Assembly (NCBI GenBank): GCA_964016885.1
Contig: OZ024741.1
Location: 111,476,001 to 111,540,000 of the forward strand
From: Eledone cirrhosa
Lineage: Eukaryota
Length of the DNA stretch: 64,000 bases
Direction: 5' to 3'
Part shown: positions 12,047-26,240 of the stretch, piece after piece
Layout of the letters: the number at the start of each line of letters is the position of its first letter
Position numbering within the stretch: position 1 is the first letter of the stretch
Position numbers and translations under genes: made by a program
Notes under the pieces: model-generated
Told to the model about the DNA's origin: nothing
Seen by the model: the letters and a program-made list of their open reading frames with translations, nothing else
Database searches by the model: none

Positions 12047-13875
12047 ATATATATATATATATATATATACATCCATCCACCAATACATACACCCCCACAC
12101 CCACACACCTCCACACACACACATATATATATCAGATACACCTGGAAATTCCCTCCTGTGGAACTAATTGAACCCCGAACACTGGATGAATTTAAAATTT
12201 TGAACAAACTTTCGACTGGATAAATAAGCGGACCTAAAAGCAACCCCACCCTTGTTTTTCCTCCATTTTGCTTTGATGCCTTGAAACGCCCCCCCCCCCC
12301 TCCTCACTCAATCCGATAAAGATCAGACATGGATTTTGTATGCTCACTACAAAGAGTAAGTACTGATTTCTCCCAATGGACTGTGTATGTGATAGAATTC
12401 ACTGTATCAACTTTCTCTATCCCGATAAGCATGTATATATGTGTAAAAACCTTGGTTCTTACATATTTTCTTTTCAGCTCTCAATACGTATATTTAATCT
12501 CTCATTATGTATTTTCTTATATATTATTTTTTCCTCTATCACTATGTCATTTTCATTGTTTTTCATTGTTAATTTCATGTGATAGAAGATGATATTATCT
12601 TATTGTTTGTTTAAACTTTCACGCTCCACACTTTAGGCTATATTCCTTATTTACTTAAAACAGGGTTTTCTATTTTAATTTCTATTTTTCATTCGTATTG
12701 CTATCTTTAATTTCCATTACGAAAACATAGTATCTAGACCATTAAATAATTCTATTTGCGGAGGGCAGTCAATACTATTGTCTGAGCATAACTTTAAGCC
12801 TAGTGTTAAACTTATTAAATGTCACTAATTCGAGAATGTAGTGAAACTCACTATATTTACCACTTCTACCCTATTTCTATCTTGATATACACGGCTGTGT
12901 ATATGGGTGTGTGTGTGTAAGTATTTATATATATATATGTGTATATGTGTGTATGTATATATATGTATATATATATGTATATATGTGTGTATGTGTGTGT
13001 GTATATGTATGTGTGTGTGTATGTATGTGTACTTACCATGCCCTTTACCGATATTTTTCATCTCTCACTATGTGTATTAATTCATCTGATGGAGGATGAT
13101 ATTTATTAGTTTTCGTTTAAATTATCGCATTCTATACCTTAGGTTATATTTTTTAATTTACTACAATTCAAAACTTTTAATTTCGGTTATTCAGTGTTAT
13201 TTAGAAATTTTAACTTCCATTGGGAAAGCATAATATCTCGACGCTGAAATAGGCTTGGTTTTGTGGAGGTAGTATAGAAACCATTAAAAGTCATAATCTT
13301 CCACTACCACAGTCTTTTGGTCTTCGGCCAACACACTATCGGCTGGAATCATAGCTGGCTGACTGGCTCCCTATGACCCTTAAACTTAAGGATAGTTTGC
13401 TATGGTTTGCGATAGTAGTCAGCTACGTTTCCTACATTTACACATGCGCAGACATGTTGGCGTGAATTGAAGCTCACAGGGGAACGGGCATTTGCTTCAT
13501 AAACATCGTGTTTGTCTGTTCCCTTGTCACTTCGATTTTGGATTACCTGCTGATTATGTAAGAAGCTGTTTGATGAGATAATGGCACTGGGTACTATGCA
13601 GAATCGCGTGGCCACTGTCGCCATCGAAATATACATCACGGCCTTATCAATAAAGGACTCTAATATCAAAACTACTCTGTATTTCCTTATTCCAAAAATA
13701 CTCCATCATTCCAATGTGGAAAATGCACGTTGAGTTCTCAAATTGAATTACATCAATGATTTACCATATGAAACAGTTCTAGTCCTGTAGAAGCCATTTC
13801 TATATTAAATATATATATGCTGTGCCCCAGCATGGCATCAGCCAAATGGCTGGAACAGGCAAAAGAGTAAAAGAG

Positions 13876-13934
<59 letters not shown>

Positions 13935-13935
<1 letters not shown>

Positions 13936-14827
13936 TAGCTGACGTACCCAGCTTCGCCCGGGTAAACATGATAAGAGAAGACAGGTAAAGAGAAAATGAC
14001 TGTATTGTATGTTTGTCTGGTTACAGTATGAGGCGAGTCCGTGGTGTCTGTGTGATACAAAAAACAGTAAAAAAATCATCCAGATATACCAGATTCTTCG
14101 TTGTACCGTTTGTGCATAGTATATGAACAATTTTAGGTTCTCCCACCTAGAATAGTGACCTCTAGGAGATGGTTCATCTTCTGCCTGACTGTAAAACGTG
14201 TATCATTACATAGACGTGGTTGTTCCACGTTTCTCAAAAGGATGATGGAAGTTCCAATCTTTTATATTATATGTAGATATAGATATAGATAATTAATATA
14301 AAAGATGTCCGTCAATGTAAAAAAAAGGTCCATATTTACTCCCTTCACAACTCTGTGTATGTTAGACTGACAGACAGGCACACAGACAGATAAACTGCGT
14401 GGCGATTGTGGGTTGCCGCACGTACACACACATACACGCATGGAAACGTGCACACGCACGCAAACTTACACACACGCACACACTCACACATGTTGATAGT
14501 TTTTACTTTCTGTGGAACGCTGCACGCACGCACAGACAAACATAAACATACGCGCACGTACATACACACGCACACATGTTAATAGTTATTGCTTTCCTTC
14601 CCTTCTTATTTCCACACACACACATGTCTCTACACTGACACATATACATAGTGTATCCAAACACAGCGTTCACTTTGCCTCTCTCTTCCCTCTCACTCCC
14701 TCATTGGCATTATGCATATTAATTTAAGTTTGGGTCGTTGAGGTGGGCGGAGTTGTTTGAAACCTATGAACCAATGATAATCGAGAATTATGCCGGAATA
14801 CTGACATTGTTCAAATTAATATATAGA
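13935..14827 (-). mobile_element. Helitron unit C, non-autonomous deletion derivative (893 bp)
   Basis: 5' TC end at 14827; 3' hairpin ACCCGGGCGAAGCTGGGT then CTAG at 13935-13938 followed by target T. Confidence 0.9.
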
Positions 14828-16527
14828 CTAGCTGACGTGCCCAGCTTCGCCCGGGTAAACAGATAATAAGAGAAGACAGATAATAAGAGAAGACAGGTAA
14901 AAGAGAAAATGACTGTATTGGATGTTGTCTGGTTACAGTATGAGGCGAGTCCGTGGTGTGATACAAAAGATAGTAAAAGAAATCTTCCAGATATACCAGA
15001 TTCTTCGTTGTACCGTTTGTGCATAGTATATGAACAATTCTAGGTGCTCCCACTTAGAATAGTGACCTCTAGGAGATGGTTCATCTTGACTGTAACGCGT
15101 GTATCATTGCATAGACGTGGTTGTTCCACGTTTCTCACACACAAACATACACATACACATACACACGCACACATGTTAATAGTTATTGCTTTCCTCTTAT
15201 TTCCACACACATCACGCGCACACATGTCTCTACACTGACACATATACATTGTGTATCCAACACAGCGTTCACTTTGCCCCTCTGTTTCTTACTCTCCCCT
15301 CTCACTCCCTCATTTGCATTATGCATATTAATTTAAGTTTGGCGTCGTTGAGGATGCTAAAGCTAATGAATTGTTAATTTGCCGTGAATATTTGCGCAGT
15401 AATCTACCTCGGTCTCCTTGATCACCCACATACTTAGTATTTTAAACACCGGTGACTCCTCATCATCCAGCATTCGCAAGGGTTCTAGTTGAACTGCTCC
15501 TTTATGACAGCACATTGTGGTCCACGTCTGTTTGTGCCTCCAAAGCAATGCTCCACAATGTGGACACTCTGCTCGTCCACCAATATGAAAATGACAAGGT
15601 TGCCATGATCCATTTTTAATATCATCCGTTCGCCTTCTAGCCTCTTTACTTGAATGAGGAGCACTTTGGCGACACATTCTCTGGACTTCTGTATTGCGCT
15701 GGCGCTGTTCAGCCAGCTCTTCATCCATCGCAGCACGCCGTCGCTGCTTGGCTCCAGTGTTTCGTTGGCGTTGTTCAGCCAGCTCCTCTTCATTCATGGC
15801 GGCACGTCTTCACCTCTGAAGTTCGGCGTTCCGATGGTGCTGTTCGGCCCGTTTTTCTTCATTCGTGGCTGCACACCGTCGCCGCTGTAGTTCACTGTTT
15901 GATAAAGTCTAATTGCTTTTATTATCAGTATTCATTTCGAGCAATTGTCAAAATAATAAATATAAAAGATGTCCGTCAATGTAAAAAAAGAGGTTCCTAT
16001 TTACTCCCTTCACAACTCTGTGTATGTTAGACTGACAGACAGGCACACAGACAGATAAACTGCGTGGCGATAGTGGAACGCCGCACGTACACACACATAC
16101 ACGCATGGAAACGCGCACACGCACGCAAACTTACACACGCACCCGTGCACTTACACACACGCACACACTCACACATGTTGATAGTTTTTACTTTTTGTGG
16201 AACGCTGCACGCACACACACATAAACATACGCGCACGTACATACTCACGCACACATGTTAATAGTTATTGCTTTCCTTCCATTCTTATTTCCACACACAT
16301 CACACACACACGTCTCTACACTGACACATATACATAGTGTATCCAACACAGCGTTCACTTTTCCTCTCTGTTTCTTACTCTCCCCTCTCACTCCCTCATT
16401 TGCATTATGCATATTAATTTAAGTTTGGCGTCGTTGAGGTGGGCGGAGTTGTTTGAAACCTATGAACCAATGATAATCGAGAATTATGACACACGGAATA
16501 CTGACATTGTTCAAATTAATATATAGA
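14828..16527 (-). mobile_element. Helitron unit B, internally deleted (1.7 kb)
   Basis: Both termini present; 15353-16527 duplicates 21558-22723. Confidence 0.9.
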
Positions 16528-19500
16528 CTAGCTGACGTACCCAGCTTCGCCCGGGTAAACAGATGATAAGAGAAGACAGGTAAAGAGAAAATGACTGTAT
16601 TGTATGTTTGTCTGGTTACAGTATGAAGCGAGTCCGTGGTGTCTGTTTGATACCAAAAACAGTAAAAAAAATCTTGCAGATATACCATATTCTTCGTTGT
16701 ACCGTTTGTGCATAGTATATGAACAATTCTAGGTGCTCCCACCTAGAATAGTGACCTCTAGGAGATGGTTCATCTTCTTCCTGACTGTAAAACGTGTATC
16801 ATTGCATAGACGTGGTTGTTCCACGTTTCTCAAATGGATGATGGAAGTTCCAATCTTTTATATTATATGTAGATATAGATATAGATAATTAATATAAAAG
16901 ATATCCGTCAATGTAAAAAAGGTCCCTATTTACTTGAAATGGTTTATACAAATGCCAAATTAATATGGATATGGATAAGATGCTTATCTATAAGTGGTCA
17001 GCTATAATAATAAAACAACAAATTATATGACACAACAATTTATTCAGTAATTTCCAGGCTCTTAGCCACTGAGTAATAGACAATCAATATTGCACAGAGT
17101 TCAACTCGGGGAGGTGGCCTGGTTTGAACTCCAAATGGCGGATCCTTCTACTTCGAAAATAGAATCGTTTTTTAATATTACTCTAGCCCTGGCCAGCCAA
17201 AGGCACCAAACTGTTTGCCAGACTCAGCATATGATGAGGTTTGATTGCCACCGCTATCAGAAGCGATAAATTTGAAGGCAATACTTGTTGGTTTTTATTG
17301 CTCATTATCAACAATAAATGACATTGAACAGAAATGATAACTCTGTCAAAGCTCACAATACTGATCAAAGGACACCAATGTCTGAATCATTTACGTCGAA
17401 TATTCATAGCAGTGAAGGCAATTTCTACCAATACTTGTTGGTATTTATTGCGCAACATAGCAGTGAAAGCAATTTTTACCAATACTTGTTTGTTTTTATT
17501 GCTCATAACGACATTAAATGACATTGAACATAAATTATAACGCTGTCAAAGCTCACAATACTGATCAAAGGACACCAATGCTCGAATCATTTACGTCGCT
17601 TATTGATAGCTTTAAATATATGCATACATCAGCTCAAAGCTTCATTATAGACAATATTCAGGGTTGTTCCTCTGTTAGTGGTATCAATTGCAAATGTTAC
17701 ACCATGAGGACCGCACACTCGAGATGCAGCAACATACAGTTGCCCATGGCTGAATGCTGGATCATTCAAGTAGTCACCGACTCGCTTGAAAGTCTGTCCC
17801 TGTGCCTTGTTGACAGTCATGGAGAAGACCAAATTGACGGAAAACTGTCTCCTTTTCCAAATGAATGGCAGCAGATCTTCACTTGGTCTCAGCATGATCC
17901 TCGGAATGAGAACCGAGTCCTCTCTGCCTGTGAGTTTAGCTTCTAAAACTCTTCCGCTAATCAATCTCTCAATAATCAATCTGGTACCATTGCAAAGAAC
18001 CATTTTATGATTGATATTTCTAAGCAATATAATCGGCATATCCTTTTTCAACCTCAAAATATGTGGGGGAAATCCGGGTATTTGAAGTGAATTCAGATAC
18101 TTAGTCGGAACATCCATATTGTTCTACTGATTAGGCTCCATTGCATCTGCACTGACGGTCAACCATTCCTCTCTCCAGGAAACATTCCGGCTACCTGTGA
18201 ATTTATTTCATCGACCGTTGCATTCGTATGAGTTAGAATAACGCGTTCCGATATCCAGGAGATATTCTGCCAAAAAGCATTCAAATTAGGGAACACCCAT
18301 TCAATCAATGCTTGGCGGTCCAGTGGCATGACCAAATGGTCTGGGATTCTTACAGTCTGATTATCACCAACGTGTGGCAATTGATCGTTTCCCAACTGTA
18401 TCAACCATCGGCCGTATGTCTCAGCCTCCTCGTTTTGCCCGAACATACGAAGTCGCATATTATCGAGTAATCGCAAAACTCTCTAATGGCGTCACAATGG
18501 GGACTTTTTCAGACATGCATCGACAATTTGCGCTCTTTGAGCATTCCTAACAATTGGTAGCACCTGTCTGAAATCGCCACCAAGAAGGATAATCTTACCA
18601 CCGAATGGCAGGTCACTACCGCAGATATCTCTCAAAGTTCTGTCCAATGCCTCCAGCAAATATCTGTGTGTCATTGGAGCCTCGTCCCAAATAATCAGAG
18701 ACGTATTGCGTATAAGGCCCGCGAGTTCACTTTGTCCTGTAATGTTACAGACACTCAACTCATCCGGAGCCAATGGAGCCTTGAAGTATTAGTGGAAGGT
18801 CCTTCCACCACTCAGCAAAGTGGCAGTGATCCCACTGGTGGCCACAGGGAGAGCAATCTTCCTCTGAGCTCTGACTGCCGATAACATAGTTTTGAAACAG
18901 AATATCTTTCCGGTGCCTCCTGGAGCATCTATGAAAGCACAAAGTTGCTCATTGGTGGAAATCGTGTGGAGAACGCCATCGACCAATTTTCTCTGAGATT
19001 GGGTCAACATTGGCATACGTTCATCGACAATACGTTGCTATTCCAGTGGATCAAACTGGAATAGTTCCCTACGATCGAGTGGCAACCGTCTAAGCTGCAA
19101 TCTCATGTTCAATGCTAAGATACGTTGCTGCATTTCTTCATCAGGAATTGGCAAATTGAAATCTGTTAAACATTTGAAATGAACTTCAAGCAGTTGCTCA
19201 ATATTGAGCAAAACAATAGCTTTCATCAAATTTTAATCATCGACCTGAAGATGATGCCTAAAATCATCAGACATAATTCCCCAATGGCGTTCAAATAACT
19301 CTCTTGGATCGGCAGGATTGCAGAATCCTAGAATCGTGACAAACAACTGCCTTATTTGAGCTGGCATCTGTGTTGTTCCTGCAGCTTCCATGGCGTTATT
19401 CCATTCAGCGTCATCCCGAAGGAGTCCCAGATGCTGACACACAGCCTGGTATGTTTCATATTCCACGCCATTGATTGTTTTTAAATCAGCGAAGCTCTGT

Positions 19501-22500
19501 TTACCTCTCGAAAAATCATTATGCAACAGAATTCGGAGATAAAACACATCACCAGATGCTGGATGGACATTACAAACCCGTCCAATAGTCATGAATCTCA
19601 ACTTTTGCTTTCTATCATTCCATTTCTTTCCCTTCTTATCCCACGTATAGTGCGAAGGGAAATCGCAGTAGAGTTGCCTTTGATCCGGGTTCAAAGCATG
19701 TTCCATATTATGCTTGAACCACTCAGTCAATTCTGTCTTAGGAGGTGGTGCGTTACCAATTCTTTCGACACCTCTTCTAGTGTCCTGAAAAAAGACCATT
19801 TGCCTATTCTCTAAGTGAACCGTCAGTTTCTGAACGCTGGGTTTGCGTTCATTGAGATCAAAATCGAACAATCTCCAGCAAGCTTTGCTAGATCCAATCG
19901 GACGAACATCCTGGAACCTGCCAACTTCATCCCCTTGGTTCGCTTCCTCATTCCTGACATTGATCATTGCCCGATCATCACCTTTGTAAACATATTTGAA
20001 TAGATATTTGCAAGCTTTCACTGAGCTACAAATTTCAACATTCATATGACAACGATATTTCATAATCAAATATGGATTGTATGGCACAACCCATTGATTT
20101 GTAACCTGTCGACCGTTTATATTTTCGACCAAACCGCCATCTGCAGGCGACCGTCTTCTGTATGAGGGATGAGCATCCCCATCGTTCCAGGAAGTGTTCG
20201 TGACAAAAGATTTCGGAAAGTGCTTACTGCATTGGCCATTTTTCATGCAAGTCGCTTTCCGATTTGCCACTCCGCATTGGTTGTGCACCATTGACTTTGC
20301 TACCAACTGCTCCGGCAGTTCAGCACACACAATGCTGTTGACATCCTCAGCACATCTCAATTTGCAATCACTATGTAAAATGATCAGCAAATGTGCATGT
20401 GGCAATCCTCTTTTTTGGAATTCAATTACGTATGTAAAAGCAACTATACCTCCAAAGATTCCCTCTTTTTCCACATCATCCATTATCTTTTTCAGATATC
20501 CTTTGAATACTCTTGCCACAATATCAGGACCGTCCTTTGGCTGTTGTCCTGGCAAAAGTGCATCCTTAATATCAGTCCATTCAGGATTGCATGTAACCGT
20601 TATAAACAAATCTGGCTTTCCAAACTTTCTGACAATAGCCATTGCATCCTGATAGCGAATGCTCATATATCTCGGGCCGCCGATGAACGACGATGGCAAA
20701 ATGATGCGTCGACCAATTTGCTTGTAATTGGCATCATCGGCTGTTATCGCATCCTGTATATTATTATATAATTCAGCTCTGATATGTTGCTGATGTGTAG
20801 CTATATAATTTAGCCTTTGATTTTCGATCTTTGCGAATGCCATACAACAGTATTCCTGGAACAATCTGCTGGCTTGAAATAGCACATTTCTCTGTTGATT
20901 CCTCTCGTTTAAATGGAACGCGTAAAAGTCGCGAATCGAATTATTGTGTCTATTGCCACCTCCCTGTTGATGCTGATTCTCATGATCATCTAAATGAACA
21001 AACATGTTCCATCCATTTTTACCTTTTGGGAATAAAAGAACATAATCAATGGATCGTATGCTCTATTTGACTCATTGATTGTCTTGAGACCACCATCTCT
21101 GCGATTGATGACGATATCTCTCGACCCAGGCTTATCGTCCATCAACGCAGCAACTTCACGAAATTCTTCAGGGGCATTATATCGCCGTTCGTGTTGATTC
21201 CTTGGCACTGCGTCAGCCTTAATCACCAATGTTTGCTGCTGAACATTTTGCAGTTCAGCCACCAACATGAAATCCATAACATAAGGATTACACTGCCTAA
21301 GCCATGATTGCAAGTCACGGATCAAATCACTTAACCTTTGCCGTTCAAGTTCAGTTATATTTCCCGGCAACTTCATCCAACCGATCCTGATATCTTCCTC
21401 CGATTCACTATAACCTGGATCGTTAACATAAATTTGAGCGAATCGAGGCCTCTCTCCTGGGGTAACTTCTAAATTACCGATACAATAATACAAATGGCTT
21501 TGAATTACTACATTCGGTTGCCATGCTCCACTCTCAAACATCTCACTAACTCTCTGCGATGCTAAAGCTAATGAATTGTTAATTTGCCGTGAATATTTGC
21601 GCAGTAATGTACTTCGGTCTCCTTGATCACCCACATACTTAGTATTTTAAACTCCGGTGACTCCTCATCATCCGGCATTCGCAAGGGTTCTAGTTGAACT
21701 GTTCTTTTATGACAGCACATTGTGGTCCACGTCTTTTTGTGCCTCCAAAGCAATGCCCCACAATGTGGACACTCTGCTCGTCCACCAATACGAAAATGAC
21801 ACGGTTGCCATGATCCATTTTTAATATCATCCATTCGCCTTCTAGCCTCTTTACTTGAATGAGGAGCACTTTGGCGACACATTCTCTGGACTTCTGTATT
21901 GCGCTGGCGTTGTTCAGCCAGCTCTTCATCCATCGCAGCACGCCTTCGCTGCTTGGCTCCAGTGTTTCGTTGGCGTTGTTCAGCCAGCTCCTCTTCATTC
22001 ATGGCGGCACGTCTTCGCCTCTGAAGTTCGGCGTTCCGATGGCGCTGTTCGGCCCGTTTTTCTTCATTCCTGGCTGCACACCGTCGCCGCTGTAGTTCAC
22101 TGTTTGATAAAGTCTAATTGCTTTTATTATCAGTATTCATTTCGAGCAATTGTCAAAATAATAAATATAAAAGATGTCCGTCAATGGAAAAAAAGGTTCC
22201 TATTTACTCCCTTCACAACTCTGTGTATGTTAGACTGACAGACAGGCACAGAGACAGATAAACTGCGTGGCGATAGTGGAACGCCGCACGTACACACACA
22301 TACACGCATAGAAACGCGCACACGCACGCAAACTTACACACGCACCCGTGCACTTACACACACGCACACACTCACACATGTTGATAGTTTTTACTTTCTG
22401 TGGAACGCTGCACGCACACACACATAAACATACGTGCACGTACATACACACGCACACATGTTAATAGTTATTGCTTTCCTTCCCCTCTTATTTCCACACA

Positions 22501-22723
22501 CATCACATACACACGTCTCTACACTGACACATATACATAGTGTATCCAACACAGCGTTCACTTTTCCTCTCTGTTTCTTACTCTCCCCTCTCACTCCGTC
22601 ATTGGCATTATGCATATTAATTTAAGTTTGGCGTCATTGAGGTGGGCGGAGTTGTTTGAAACATATGAACCAATGATAATCGAGAATTATGACATACTGA
22701 CATTGTTGAAATTAATATATAGA
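16528..22723 (-). mobile_element. Helitron unit A, full length (6.2 kb)
   Basis: A|TCTATATATT 5' end at 22723, hairpin + CTAG 3' end at 16528, RepHel coding region inside. Confidence 0.95.
17629..22100 (-). pseudogene. Helitron Rep/PIF1-helicase (RepHel), broken by stops and frameshifts
   Basis: Zn motif CPHCGA..CC; Rep PDLFITVTCNPEW, EFQKRGLPHAHLLI, KYLFKYVYKG; helicase DAPGGTGK, IIWDEAPM, GGDFRQVLP, MTVNKAQGQT, HGQLYVAASRV. Confidence 0.96.
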
Positions 22724-22731
22724 TATATATA

Positions 22732-22775
<44 letters not shown>

Positions 22776-22840
22776 CATATGATATATATATATATACAAA
22801 TATATATATATATATGTATACACACACACACACACATATC

Positions 22841-23012
22841 AAGTTTAATATAGAAATGGCTTATATAGGACTAGAAATGTTTCATTCAAAAGAAATTATT
22901 ACGAAAGCCGGCTGTCCTTATATAACAGTTTTACAAGTACATCTGGCTTTCTGATGATTTCTTTTGAATGAAACAGTTCCAGTTCTGTAGAAGCCATTTC
23001 TATATTAAACTT
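22841..23012. mobile_element. Fold-back PLE pseudo-LTR fragment
   Basis: AAGTTTAATATAGAAATGGCTT inverted at both ends; related fragment at 13769-13809. Confidence 0.75.
22944..22996 (+). ncRNA. Type I hammerhead ribozyme
   Basis: TGGCTTT-CTGATGA-TTTC-TTTT-GAAT-GAAA-CAG-TTCCAGTT-CTG-TA-GAAGCCA. Confidence 0.75.
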
Positions 23013-23201
23013 GATGTTTACACTCTACTAATGTATTGAGTATTTTACTAACTATGGTTACCCCCGACTGAATCTGGGACTCGGATAGACACACACGCAT
23101 ATACGCAAACACACGCGCACACACACATACACAGACACACACAGACACACACGCACGCACACACACACATACACAGACACAGACACAGACAGACACAGAC
23201 A

Positions 23202-23279
<78 letters not shown>

Positions 23280-23404
23280 AGCATATATGTCTTTCAAATA
23301 TGTATTTATCTGTCATTCAAATGCATTTATGTGCCTTTTGTCCAGAAGGTTTGAAGTACATATTGAACCAAGTTAATTGACCTCAAAACAAGAATGTTGA
23401 AAAT

Positions 23405-23503
23405 CTAAATGCTGTAATATAACTGCTGATGTTAACTCTAAATGCTGTAATATAACTGCTGATGTTAAATCTAAATGCTGTAATATAACTGCTGATGTTA
23501 ACT
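23405..23503. repeat. 33-bp tandem repeat x3 abutting a SINE fragment (23500-23595)
   Basis: CTAAATGCTGTAATATAACTGCTGATGTTAA(C/A)T three times; following sequence matches the SINE at 60030-60250 in opposite orientation. Confidence 0.85.
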
Positions 23504-24073
23504 CCCGCCGAGGTTAACTTTGCCTTTCAGCCTTACAGGGTCGATAAAATAAAGTACCGGTAATACACTGGGATAATTGCTGGCCTTGTGCCAAAAGTAG
23601 AAACAATTATATAGTGTTCCAGCTCTATTATTTAATTCAGTTAACAATGAAGAAACAATATTTTGATTAAAGACGAAGCAATTGAATAACAAACCTTGTG
23701 TAAATATGTTCATTGCCTTCGTGAGTATATATGCACCCCCCCCCTCCACACACACGCACACACACACACACATAAAGGTGTATTTATATAGTACTTGGTT
23801 AAACCATCACATGTTTCGAAGCCAACATCTATATGGATCCTCACCAGGCAATTATAATAACAACAAATGTAGTATGTAACGAGATTGGTGGGACAAAACA
23901 CGTTGCATTACAAAATTTCCCTGACACCAATTAGCTCAATAAAATTCTTACTCTGCAATTATCTTTTACTGGTTTCTGATTGCCTTAGAGGAGATAGTAC
24001 TATATATATATATATATATAGTGAAATAAGATAACAAGGACGATTGGTTACTCCTTCATTACGTTTATTGGTT

Positions 24074-24160
24074 GGTGACGCGCGTTTCGCCACTGATCAA
24101 CTCAAGGTTCGATCTGTATCGGTTTGACCCGACTCTATAATCCGCGGCTCATCAGAACCC
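24074..24160 (-). ncRNA. Type I hammerhead ribozyme in fold-back fragment 24020-24225
   Basis: CTGATGA-GCCGC...GTGGC-GAAA-CGCGCG-TC-ACC; palindromic stem III. Confidence 0.75.
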
Positions 24161-24323
24161 TTTAATGTTAATGGAAAAATGAATTCATTTTTCCATTAAT
24201 CGTCCTTGTTATTTTATTTCGCTATAAAACACTCTGTCTAGCTCTACACATCGACACTGAAGTGAACCTAAATATCGATTGCTCACCCGGGTGAACCTAC
24301 AGTAACTTCAAGTTACACTCCCT

Positions 24324-24396
<73 letters not shown>

Positions 24397-24420
24397 TAAT
24401 AATAATAATAATAATAATAG

Positions 24421-24910
24421 TGGTATGAGCATAAGCCAGAGTCGGTGATAGAAAACGATCAGGTGAAGGTGCTGTGGGATTTTAAGATACAGACGGACAA
24501 GAAACTAGAACACAATAGACCTGACCTGGTGGTTTTGGACAAGGAAAAAAGATCGTGCCTGATTGTGGATGTAGCCTGCCCATTCGACACAAGAGTGCAA
24601 GAGAAGGAGAGGGAGAAAAATTAACCGATACCAGGACTTAAAGTGGGAGATAAAAAGGATTTGGAACTGCTATGAAGTCAAAGTGGTCCCGATTGTCATA
24701 GGCGCACTAGGTACTATCTCAAAGAGTTTCCAAGGATGGTTAAAGAAAATTGGTCCCGCCCCGCTTTTTGGAACACATCAAAAGGCATACTTGCTGGGAA
24801 CAGCAAGAACCCTCCGATACGTCCTGAATATCTGAGGCTGCAGGTAGTGGGTTGATATTCATTTCAACAAACTTTCCAGTTAAATAACATCAATGACTGA
24901 GACTCAAAGA
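24421..24910 (+). mobile_element. 5'-truncated R4/Dong-type non-LTR element (restriction-like endonuclease domain + 3' UTR) in (TAA)n
   Basis: WYEHKPESVIEN..VLWDFKIQTD..HNRPDLVV..LIVDVACPFD..YQDLKWEIKRIW..VVPIVIGALG..LLGTARTLRYVLNI* (stop 24833-24835, one frameshift); (TAA)n on both sides; second fragment at 24954-25016. Confidence 0.88.
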
Positions 24911-24919
24911 ACAATAATA

Positions 24920-24953
<34 letters not shown>

Positions 24954-25105
24954 GTACTATGGGATTTCAGGATACAAACAGACAAGAAATTAGAACACAA
25001 TAAACCTGACCTGGTGGCTTTTTTATTCAGGTGGGACGCGCGTTTCGCGATTCTACTCCTCGTAATTGAAAACATACCCTTTCGTGTTTTCTTCTCTATA
25101 TAGTG

Positions 25106-25136
<31 letters not shown>

Positions 25137-25308
25137 GATATAGATAGGTAAATATACACGGGTGTGTATGATTGTGTATAGAAGATTATATTAATAAGAG
25201 GAATTCCAACTTTGTCTGATTTACTCGTTTTATTTACAATCCTTTAAAATATATATAATGGTATGATAATGAAATAGTATGATAGAATATTAAATTCTAA
25301 GTGTTAAT

Positions 25309-25347
25309 TGAACAAGTACTTTCATGCTTTCGCAATCTTCAGGTTCA
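25309..25347 (-). ncRNA. Minimal type I hammerhead ribozyme in the 3' pLTR
   Basis: TGAAC-CTGAAGA-TTGC-GAAA-GCAT-GAAA-GTAC-TT-GTTCA. Confidence 0.82.
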
Positions 25348-25721
25348 TAATATGTGGTGACAGGCGAGTTTGCAATTTTCAACTGTAATGAGATGGGTAA
25401 ATTTCCTACCTTTTATACATTTTATACAGAGAAAAGTGGCTCCAGAATGCAAAGCCCTGTAAACTGTATTTCGACCAATCAGTGTGTAGTTTCACTGAAT
25501 TACTACAGCTGATTGGTTTAAGCGTCACGGCTGGTTGAGCATGCTAACGTCCAATAGTCATACCCAACGTATCAATTGTTTTGCTTTTTGAAATGATGAA
25601 AATAGCATTTTCTATTAATCATCACCATCAACATCACTTTTATTATTATTATTATTGTTGTTATGGTTGTTGTTAGTGGTCGTGGTCATAGTGGTAGTAG
25701 AAGTAATACCTCTAGGCGTTA

Positions 25722-26240
25722 TTATTGTTCATTTAGCTTGGGTTTGAATTTATCAATAAAATTCTTTTCTTTGATTTTTCTCTTGATTTCACTTGGGCTG
25801 TGTAATTTGTAGAATGTGAATATTATAAATATTCCCTGACCACATGTTGCCAGGTGGCCGCTTAGGGGTATCTGACGGACATTTGGGTCTCTGATTTGTT
25901 GACGGTGTACCCGTGCACGTTCCGATAGTGCATTTCCAGTTTGACCGACATATAGTTCTTCACAATTCGGGCATTTAATGCAGTAAATTAGATTTCTGCT
26001 TTTGCAGTTCATATTTGCATTTGGGAATATTTTTCCAGTTTTTGTTTTCATATATTGACCGGCGTGTATGGATTGACATGTGCCGCATCGATTATCATTG
26101 CATTTAGATACAGTGAATGATTGGTCTTTGTTGTTAAGGTCAAACTTTGCTTTTGTTAGCAATTGCTTCAAATTTTTTGGCTGTCTTTTACTAAGAGTCA
26201 AAGATCGATCTGTGATTAAGCCTTTTAATTCATTGAGCAA
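25722..26240 (-). CDS. PLE Cys-rich linker + GIY-YIG endonuclease, frameshifted from the RT
   Basis: KCNDNRCGTC; NLIYCIKCPNCEELYVGQTG..ERARVHR. Confidence 0.9.
   Translation of the reverse strand: MLNELKGLITDRSLTLSKRQPKNLKQLLTKAKFDLNNKDQSFTVSKCNDNRCGTCQSIHAGQYMKTKTGKIFPNANMNCKSRNLIYCIKCPNCEELYVGQTGNALSERARVHRQQIRDPNVRQIPLSGHLATCGQGIFIIFTFYKLHSPSEIKRKIKEKNFIDKFKPKLNEQ

Noticed and set aside
13081-13150. CTGATGG...ATACCTTAGGTT as a hammerhead
   Set aside because: Both core boxes are altered; at most a decayed relic.
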